A stretch of 64,000 bases of DNA, taken from the NCBI GenBank assembly GCA_026129865.1, contig JAHCHG010000002.1, positions 244,096 to 308,095 on the forward strand. Reading direction: 5' to 3'. Position numbers and translations under genes: made by a program. Below the pieces are notes generated by a model. The model was not told where the DNA came from, searched no databases, and saw only the letters and a program-made list of their open reading frames with translations. Below are positions 57,562-64,000 of the stretch, piece by piece. The DNA comes from Pyrinomonadaceae bacterium (lineage in GTDB: Bacteria; Acidobacteriota; Blastocatellia; Pyrinomonadales; Pyrinomonadaceae). Numbering within the stretch: position 1 is the stretch's first letter; each line of letters opens with the position of its first letter.

Positions 57562-58926
57562 CTAACCGAATATTCGCGCGATGTCCAAATACATCACCAA
57601 AACCATCAGAACAAGAATTATTCCAAGTCCGGCAAGCTGGATCTTTTCTTTCACTGCCATCGAAAGCTCGGTTCCGAACCACGAAAGAACTTTGTCGATT
57701 CCCAAAAACGCTATCTGCCCGCCGTCGAGCATCGGGATCGGAAGAAGATTAAATATTCCGAGATTTAAACTGATGACCATCAGGATCGGAAAAAGCCCGG
57801 CAAAACCGGCTTCGCGAACCATTTGCGAGATGATCTGTACGATCCCGACCGGACCCGCAACTCCCGCGTCCTTTACCGAGCGTTCGCCGGCAAACATTTG
57901 TCCAAAAACCTTTGCGGTCAGACGAACTATCTCTGCGTTTTGATCCCACGCGAAAGTTACAGCCTGTCCCACGCCAACCGGTTCGCGTTCCGTTTCGAGC
58001 CGTTTGAAGCCGATCCCGATGCGGTAGGTGCCTTTATCGTCCTGCTTCGTCCGCGTCGTGATCTCTTTCCGTTCGCCGTTTCGGTTGACGACCATATTGA
58101 TCGGCTGATCTTTGACCTCACCGACGATCGTCGTCATCTGCGTGCGGTTTCGAATCGGCGTTCCGTTGACCGAAACGATCCAATCGCCGACCTGCAAGCC
58201 CGATTCAGCCGCCGGCATTCCCTCTTCGATCTTGCCGACAGTTACAGCTTCCGCTTCGCCTTCGGGTTCGAGATCGATCATTCCGACCGTATTTCCGCCT
58301 TGCTCAACCTTTGTCGGTTTGATCGTCAGAGGAACGCGATTCCCTCCGCGTTCGACGACCAACGGAATTTCACGATCCGGTGATATCAGCGAGTCGTTGT
58401 TTATACGCCGCCAGGTCGGATTTTCTATGCCGTCAAACTCAACGATCCTGTCGCCGACCTTGACCTGAGCGATCTCGGCAGCACCGCCGGGTTTGACCAT
58501 TCCGACGATCGGTGCCGGCGACGACGGCACACCCATTGTCAGAGCCGCGACGAACGGGATCATGAACGCCAGCAGAAGATTCATGAACGGACCGCCGATC
58601 ATTACAAGAAATTTCTGCCATCGCGGGCGAAGTTCGTAATGTTCGGATTCCGGCACGACCTCTTCCTGCCCGTCCGCACCTTCCAAAGGCGCGGTCGCCT
58701 CGTCGCCGTATAGTTTTACATAGGCACCGAGCGGAATAGCGCTGATTCGATAATCGGTATGCCCGATCTTAAAGCCCCAGATTCGCGGACCAAGTCCAAA
58801 AAACGAATATGCATCGACGCGCATGCCGAACAACTTCGCGACAATAAAATGACCGAACTCGTGAATATTGATCGCGACACCAAGAACAAATATGACCGCG
58901 AAAACAACCAGTAAAATATCGTACAT
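57562..58926 (-). CDS. rseP: RIP site-2 metalloprotease RseP
   Basis: HEFGHF zinc motif, two PDZ-like segments and NLLPIPMLDGG. Confidence 0.9.
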   Translation of the reverse strand: MYDILLVVFAVIFVLGVAINIHEFGHFIVAKLFGMRVDAYSFFGLGPRIWGFKIGHTDYRISAIPLGAYVKLYGDEATAPLEGADGQEEVVPESEHYELRPRWQKFLVMIGGPFMNLLLAFMIPFVAALTMGVPSSPAPIVGMVKPGGAAEIAQVKVGDRIVEFDGIENPTWRRINNDSLISPDREIPLVVERGGNRVPLTIKPTKVEQGGNTVGMIDLEPEGEAEAVTVGKIEEGMPAAESGLQVGDWIVSVNGTPIRNRTQMTTIVGEVKDQPINMVVNRNGERKEITTRTKQDDKGTYRIGIGFKRLETEREPVGVGQAVTFAWDQNAEIVRLTAKVFGQMFAGERSVKDAGVAGPVGIVQIISQMVREAGFAGLFPILMVISLNLGIFNLLPIPMLDGGQIAFLGIDKVLSWFGTELSMAVKEKIQLAGLGIILVLMVLVMYLDIARIFG

Positions 58927-59021
58927 AGTTAATTAAAAACTCTTGAAAAACGTACCGATTTAGAACCAAAATAAATGCGCCGCGTTGCAAATTAAAAGTC
59001 TAAAACCCGCAACGACAGGCG

Positions 59022-60224
59022 TCAACCTTGCGCCAGGCTATTTTGCGCAGCGGAAACCTGTTCGCTGCGGAGCAATGTTTGAGCCGCCTCGCGCGCCGAT
59101 CTGTCGGCATCGAGCACGGCTTCGAGCGACGAAGCCGGGACTTTCTCCGCGTTGTCCATTACGCGGGCGTTAAATCGCGGAATATCGGATAATTTAATTT
59201 TTCCGTCGAGAAAAGCGCGAACCGTTATCTCGTTTGCCGCATTCAGCGTTGCCGGCATTGTACCGCCTTCGCGAAGGGCTTTATACGCAAGCGCCAAACA
59301 CGGAAATTTATCCATGTCCGGCTCTTCAAACGTCAATTTCGAAATTTCGCGAAAATCGAGCGGCGGCAGGCAGTTTTTTTGGCGCTTTGGAAATGTCAGC
59401 GCATATTGGATCGCGTGTTTCATATCGGTAACGCCAAGCTGCGCGATTATCGAACCGTCGACGAACTCGACCATCGAATGAACGACGGATTGTGGATGCA
59501 CGACCACGCCGATCGCGTCCGCGTCGAAACCGAAAAGACAATGCGCTTCGATGACCTCAAGACCTTTGTTCATCAGCGTTGCGGAATCGATCGTGATCTT
59601 GTCGCCCATGTTCCAAGTCGGATGATCGAGCGCTTGTTCACGCGTCGCGTTTTCGATCTCGGACTTGGATTTTTCGCGGAACGGTCCGCCCGACGCGGTC
59701 AAGATCAACCGCCGAACCTCCTGTGCCGATTCTCCGCGGAGACATTGATGAAGCGCGTTGTGCTCGGAATCGACCGGCAAGATCTCTGCGTTGTTCTCGC
59801 GCGCCGCCTTTGTCATCAGATCGCCCGCCATGACGAGTGTTTCTTTATTTGCAAGCGCAACACGTTTTCCGGCTTCGAGAGCCCGCAGCGTCGGTACAAA
59901 ACCGACCGCGCCGACCGTCGCGGACACAACCGTTTCAGCTTCTGCCATCGTCGCGACCTCAACGAGTCCTTTTTCGCCAAGCTCAATTTTGGGGATGCTT
60001 GCGTTCATTGAATGAAGCCTTTGCAATAGCTCTTCGGCGCAGTATTCATCGTCGCAGGAAACCATTTCTGGCTGAAATTCGGCGACTTGCCGCGCGAACA
60101 ATTCCATGTTGCGACCCGCCGCAAGTGCCGCGACGCGGTAGTTTCCTAAAAATTTTACGACTTTTAAGGTGTTGCAGCCGATCGAACCGGTCGAACCGAG
60201 GATTGAAATTACGGATTTAGACAT
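59022..60224 (-). CDS. dxr: 1-deoxy-D-xylulose 5-phosphate reductoisomerase
   Basis: ILGSTGSIG, LANKE, DSEHNA, NKGLEVIEA and HPQS. Confidence 0.92.
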   Translation of the reverse strand: MSKSVISILGSTGSIGCNTLKVVKFLGNYRVAALAAGRNMELFARQVAEFQPEMVSCDDEYCAEELLQRLHSMNASIPKIELGEKGLVEVATMAEAETVVSATVGAVGFVPTLRALEAGKRVALANKETLVMAGDLMTKAARENNAEILPVDSEHNALHQCLRGESAQEVRRLILTASGGPFREKSKSEIENATREQALDHPTWNMGDKITIDSATLMNKGLEVIEAHCLFGFDADAIGVVVHPQSVVHSMVEFVDGSIIAQLGVTDMKHAIQYALTFPKRQKNCLPPLDFREISKLTFEEPDMDKFPCLALAYKALREGGTMPATLNAANEITVRAFLDGKIKLSDIPRFNARVMDNAEKVPASSLEAVLDADRSAREAAQTLLRSEQVSAAQNSLAQG

Positions 60225-60508
60225 AAAAATCTGTAAGACAGATTATCACAACGCGGGAATCTTGATTAACCACCACTTACCGAAAGTCCGAATTTTCCTT
60301 TTTTTATTCTTCGCGATCTATAATTTAAAACGGCGTTTGAGCGGGCGCGAAAAGCGATTGCTCCAATTCGCGATCGATCGTTAACCGTAAGCAGGCATCC
60401 GTAGATGCCGATTGAGCGGCAGATAAACTGCAACGACATTAGTTTTAAAAGGCTCTAATAACATGCGGCTGATTGTTTTGACCGCTGATCGAATATGGGA
60501 GAGGTTTT

Positions 60509-60949
60509 ATGAAAGTTATACTATTGTTACTGGCAGTTACGATATACATTGGCACAGCTCAAGTATATGCGCAGGGTTCAGATGAAAAGGTTTCGTTGCG
60601 CGTTAGCGAAGAAAAATCTGTCGGCGGCGACGATTTTAAGATAAAATTCCTTTCGGTTCTTGAAGATTCCCGCTGTCCTGAAGGCACTAATTGCATTTGG
60701 GCTGGAAACGCGAAAGTCGAATTGGAGATCGACGCCGGTGCGAACGGAATGCAGAAATTTGAACTTAATTCGGACGGCGATCCGCGCGAGATCGTTTTCG
60801 CCGGACGAACCGTAACGATCGTCGATCTGACACCGCGACCTGCGGAAAACGTGAGAATCGACAAAAATGCGTATGTAGTTACGCTAAATGTTGCCCGAAC
60901 GGCTGACCCGGTCGACCCGGCACCGAATAAATGCTTAGAAAAACCGTGA
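60509..60949 (+). CDS. Secreted hypothetical protein
   Basis: Signal peptide MKVILLLLAVTIYIGTAQVYA and an EDSRCPEGTNCIWAGNAKV motif. No family named. Confidence 0.5.
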   Translation: MKVILLLLAVTIYIGTAQVYAQGSDEKVSLRVSEEKSVGGDDFKIKFLSVLEDSRCPEGTNCIWAGNAKVELEIDAGANGMQKFELNSDGDPREIVFAGRTVTIVDLTPRPAENVRIDKNAYVVTLNVARTADPVDPAPNKCLEKP

Positions 60950-61839
60950 AATTATTAGGATATATGTTCCTTAGCTTTGTCGTTGTACTGGCAGGAACAT
61001 ACGTATATGTCGCGATGTCGCCGGGAAAACCTGCGGCGCGGTCGCGACTGTATGAAAAGGAAAATCCGCGACCGCTTGTCATCGCGCACCGCGGCGGCGC
61101 AGGGCTCGCTCCGGAAAATACGCTTGCCGCATTCAGACGCTCCGCGGAACTTGGCGCAGACATCCTAGAGATCGACATCCGAAGAACTTTAGACGGCGAA
61201 CTCGTCGTCATTCACGATTCAAAAGTCGATAGAACCACGAACGGCTCCGGCGAAGTCGCGGAAATGATGCTCGCGGAATTAAAGAAGCTCGATGCGGGTT
61301 TTCGATGGACGAATGACGGCGGAAATACTTTCCCTTTTCGCGGAAGCGGAATAACGATACCGACGCTTCGCGAGGTTTTCGAAGCATTCCCCGAAAAGAT
61401 CATCAACATAGAACCGAAATTTTCGACGCCTTCACCGGCAATTCAGCTTTGCACGCTGATAGAAGAGTTTAAAAGAAGCGATAAAGTGATCGTCGGAACT
61501 TTTCGCGATGAGGTTTTGGAAGAATTTCGCGCGATCTGCCCGAGCGTCGCTACATCTGCAAGTCCGTCCGAAGCGATCTATTTTCTCGCGCAATACCAGA
61601 TCGGTCTGAGTGAAAGCTACAGCCCGGAAATGCAGTTTTTTCAGATCCCGAGCAAACTTCGCAGCTGGGAGATAGTAACCGAAGATTATGTCCGCGCTCT
61701 TCACGAGCGAAATCTGGACGTCCATGTTTGGACGATCAACGACTCCGAAGAGATGAAACGATTGATCGAACTCAAGGTCGACGGCATCATGACCGACAAA
61801 CCGGATCTACTTATCGAAACGTTGTCGAGCGTTCAATAA
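60931..61839 (+). CDS. Glycerophosphodiester phosphodiesterase, membrane-anchored
   Basis: VIAHRGG, LEIDIR and HVWTIND. An alternative start at 60964 would remove the 19-nt overlap with the previous gene. Confidence 0.8.
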   Translation: MLRKTVKLLGYMFLSFVVVLAGTYVYVAMSPGKPAARSRLYEKENPRPLVIAHRGGAGLAPENTLAAFRRSAELGADILEIDIRRTLDGELVVIHDSKVDRTTNGSGEVAEMMLAELKKLDAGFRWTNDGGNTFPFRGSGITIPTLREVFEAFPEKIINIEPKFSTPSPAIQLCTLIEEFKRSDKVIVGTFRDEVLEEFRAICPSVATSASPSEAIYFLAQYQIGLSESYSPEMQFFQIPSKLRSWEIVTEDYVRALHERNLDVHVWTINDSEEMKRLIELKVDGIMTDKPDLLIETLSSVQ

Positions 61840-61840
61840 G

Positions 61841-62254
61841 CTAGCGTGCGAATGGATTTGTCAAAAGCATTTGAATTAGCAGCAGAATAAAATAAGGAAC
61901 CAGAACAGCCGCTCCAGGATAATCTTTCGCGATTCGCTGACCAAAAAACAGCGCAGTAATCGCACCGGCTCCGAGCAAAGCTGCGTAAAATATCAGAACG
62001 GTCGAACCTGTAAATAAAAAGTAAAAGATGGCGATTCCGCTCAGAAGCCCCGTGAGCAATTCGAGCACGGTGATCTTCGCAAGCATCAGCGGAACCATCG
62101 GAGCGAGAAACGTCTCCTTAAAATGCCCCGTCAGCCATCCGAGATTTCCCTTCCAATCGAAAATTTTATCGAGCGACGACTGCAGAAATAAAATGCTAAC
62201 AAACAGCGAACATAAAAGCGCAGGCAGATTTTTACCGATTTCTTCAATTGTCAT
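61841..62254 (-). CDS. DoxX-family membrane protein
   Basis: 137 aa with 4 TM helices and an LQSSLDKIFDW-type N-terminus. Confidence 0.65.
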   Translation of the reverse strand: MTIEEIGKNLPALLCSLFVSILFLQSSLDKIFDWKGNLGWLTGHFKETFLAPMVPLMLAKITVLELLTGLLSGIAIFYFLFTGSTVLIFYAALLGAGAITALFFGQRIAKDYPGAAVLVPYFILLLIQMLLTNPFAR

Positions 62255-62318
62255 GTAATTAATACTTCTCCAATGACGTAATTTCTCTAGCGGGAAAAAA
62301 CATAGATCCCAAACCTAT

Positions 62319-62449
62319 AAACTCCCCTCCTTGGATAAGGAGGATAAGGAGGGGTTGGGGGTGGTTCGATCTGCACGCAAATTTTCAACTTCGAAACCGG
62401 TTCAACCACCCCGCCCTTCGGGCACCCCTCCTGATCTCAGGAGGGGAGT
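62319..62449 (+). repeat. Structured repeat element, copy 1 (131 nt)
   Basis: AAACTCCCCTCCTTGGATAAGGAGG(ATAAGGAGG)GGTTGGGGGTGGTTCGATCTGCACGCAAATTTTCAACTTCGAAACCGGTTCAACCACCCCGCCCTTCGGGCACCCCTCCTGATCTCAGGAGGGGAGT. Confidence 0.8.
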
Positions 62450-62480
62450 ATTATGCCGCCGGCAAATAGTCAAAACTCCA

Positions 62481-62602
62481 AAACTCCCCTCCTTGGATAA
62501 GGAGGGGTTGGGGGTGGTTCGATCTGCACGCATATTTTCAACTTCGAAACCGGTTCAACCACCCCGCCCTTCGGGCACCCCTCCCGATCTCGGGAGGGGA
62601 GT
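62481..62602 (+). repeat. Structured repeat element, copy 2 (122 nt), followed by T7
   Basis: Same as copy 1 but without the 9-nt duplication. One A/T substitution, and a paired T-to-C / A-to-G change in the terminal hairpin. TTTTTTT follows. Confidence 0.8.
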
Positions 62603-62606
62603 TTTT

Positions 62607-63932
62607 TTAGCTTTTCGCGCTTTTAGATTTCTTAGAGCTCATAATCGCTTCGATTTCATCGGGATCTTTCGTAACTTTGTCAGTTAAATTTAGATTCCCG
62701 GTTTCCGTAACGACGATATCGTCTTCGATCCTGATGCCGATTCCGCGGAATTTCGCCGGGCAATCTTTGTCATCGGGCGGAAAATATAGTCCCGGTTCGA
62801 CCGTCAGGACCATTCCGGGCGCGAACGGTCGCGAATTTTTCGCAGCCTGATCGGTAAAATATCGTCCCGCGTCGTGGACGTCCATTCCGATGTAATGCCC
62901 TACGCCGTGCATGTAATATTTTTCATATTTTTTGTTCTTTATCAGATCGGCGGTTTTTCCTTTTAAAACGCCGAGTTTTTTCAAGCCTTCCGTCAAAAGT
63001 TCGATCGAAAGATCCTGGCGCTGTTTTATCGTCGTGCCTGTTTTCGTAACCTCGATACATGCAAGCTGCGTTTCCAGAACGACGTCATAAACATCGCGCT
63101 GAGGTTTTGTAAATTTTCCGTTCACCGGAAATGTCCGCGTGATATCCGAGGCGTAACCCTGATACTGCGCTCCCGCATCGATCAAGATCAGATCGCCGTC
63201 CTTGAGCGGCATATTATTTTCGACATAATGCAGGATCGTCGCATTATCGCCGCCGCCGATGATGGAGTTATAAGCAACGCCCGCCGCGCCCTGCTGCTTC
63301 ATGTAATTTTCCATTAGCGCTTCGACCTGATATTCATTCATTCCCGGTTTAACCGATCTCATCGCCAAAATATGCGCTTCGGCAGCTATCTCGCCGGCTT
63401 TTTTCATCAGCTCGATCTCTTCGTCCGTCTTATGCAGGCGCATTTCGCCGATGATCACCGACGGATCGATAATGGTATGCGGCGGATATCCCGTTTTCAA
63501 ACGACGAAAATGCTGTTTTGAAAGATAGTTAAGGATCAATTGATCGAGCTTTCCGTCCACTCCGAAACGATAATAAAGCTTCTCATGTCCGTCGAGAATT
63601 TTATTTAATTCGGATTCGAATTTTTCTACCGGCAAAGCCCTGTCCGCGCCGAAATTCTTGAGCGCGCCTTCGGTTCCCAGACGGCGCCCGTACCATGTTT
63701 CCATCAAAGGATCGCGCGGTCTTACAAACAGAGTGTATTTATTCTTTTTGCTCGACGGATCGATCACCGCGATAGCGTCCGGTTCGGGAAAACCGGTCAA
63801 ATAATTAAAACTCGGGTCCTGATGAAACTTAAATTCCGTATCGTAGCTTCGCGTAACTTCGTGTGCCGCGGGAATAATCGCAACGGCGTTTTCGCCGATC
63901 TCGGACATAAAATCCTTTAATTGTTTTCGCAT
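62607..63932 (-). CDS. pepP: Xaa-Pro aminopeptidase (M24B)
   Basis: DAGAQYQGYASDITRT, HGVGHYIGMDVHD, EPGLY and RIEDD. The start was moved to Met22 of the track ORF. Confidence 0.88.
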   Translation of the reverse strand: MRKQLKDFMSEIGENAVAIIPAAHEVTRSYDTEFKFHQDPSFNYLTGFPEPDAIAVIDPSSKKNKYTLFVRPRDPLMETWYGRRLGTEGALKNFGADRALPVEKFESELNKILDGHEKLYYRFGVDGKLDQLILNYLSKQHFRRLKTGYPPHTIIDPSVIIGEMRLHKTDEEIELMKKAGEIAAEAHILAMRSVKPGMNEYQVEALMENYMKQQGAAGVAYNSIIGGGDNATILHYVENNMPLKDGDLILIDAGAQYQGYASDITRTFPVNGKFTKPQRDVYDVVLETQLACIEVTKTGTTIKQRQDLSIELLTEGLKKLGVLKGKTADLIKNKKYEKYYMHGVGHYIGMDVHDAGRYFTDQAAKNSRPFAPGMVLTVEPGLYFPPDDKDCPAKFRGIGIRIEDDIVVTETGNLNLTDKVTKDPDEIEAIMSSKKSKSAKS

Positions 63933-64000
63933 CTTTCGGTTAAACTCCTTTTGCTTGAAATTGTATCGCAATATCGGAAAAAATTCGAAAATCAATTAAT

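Noticed and set aside
59379-60011. 210-aa plus-strand ORF, with further overlapping plus-strand ORFs up to 60220
   Set aside because: They are antisense to dxr, which is unambiguous. These are shadow ORFs.
60225-60508. Possible riboswitch or leader in the 283-bp divergent spacer between dxr and the secreted-protein gene (small hairpins ATCTGT-AAGA-ACAGAT and GGCATC-CGTA-GATGCC)
   Set aside because: I could not match it to any riboswitch consensus I know. The stems are short and could be chance. I treat it as an ordinary divergent promoter region.
62319-62602. Possible CRISPR array or tRNA-like sequence (GGTGGTTCGATC...)
   Set aside because: There are only two repeat units of about 125 nt with a 31-nt gap. 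That is far too long and too few for CRISPR, and no cas genes are present. The GGTTCGA resemblance to a T-arm has no acceptor, D or anticodon arms around it.
62331-62687. 118-aa plus-strand ORF (MDKEDKEGLGVV...PPRPSGTPPDL...)
   Set aside because: The peptide is internally duplicated only because it translates the two tandem DNA repeats. Its 3' part overlaps the pepP coding region in antisense. I treat it as a noncoding repeat.

Overview
Gene-dense 64 kb chromosomal segment, about 50% GC by eye (not computed), from a diderm bacterium. The gene content is many TPR and FG-GAP/VCBS/ASPIC-UnbV lipoproteins, DinB-family proteins, futalosine-type menaquinone genes, dxr-rseP-ispG and miaA-hfq-tmk-holB. 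That looks like Acidobacteriota or a similar soil lineage, but this is a guess. I can support about 70 protein genes. I saw no rRNA, tRNA, CRISPR array, transposase, integrase or phage genes. Most of the window is housekeeping: scpAB-rluB, acyl-CoA dehydrogenase, meaB plus methylmalonyl-CoA epimerase, mtnP, fabI, glyA, plsC, miaA, hfq, tmk, holB, ispG, rseP, dxr and pepP.

The parts worth a second look are:
1. An ArsC/Spx-family gene (1498..1854) interrupted only by a TGA at the first Cys of its CxxC motif. It is a candidate selenoprotein, or else a nonsense pseudogene.
2. A five-gene envelope operon (8754..17588) of TPR and FG-GAP/ASPIC-UnbV lipoproteins that ends in an RnfD/UnbU-like membrane protein, with no polyketide genes nearby.
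3. A hicAB islet carrying an AT-rich orphan gene (22194..23397).
4. A decaying toxin-antitoxin island (32456..35332). It holds one intact doc pair, a degraded paralogous doc pair, a PIN gene whose catalytic core is out of frame, and an inserted membrane-protein gene.
5. A CarH/LitR-type B12 photoreceptor regulator (Wx9EH plus His) next to unknown secreted proteins rather than carotenoid genes.
6. Orphan larB divergent from a ubiX-methyltransferase-mqnD-like operon, across a 485-bp AT-rich spacer with a perfect palindrome and a minus-strand terminator.
7. Two tandem structured elements of about 125 nt showing a compensatory base-pair change (62319..62602).
8. A family of long hairpins built from purine-rich heptads.

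Gene ends follow the ORF track, with starts moved to internal Met/GTG codons counted from the translations. Non-ORF coordinates were counted by hand and may be off by 1-2 nt. No database search, fold calculation or k-mer statistic was run.
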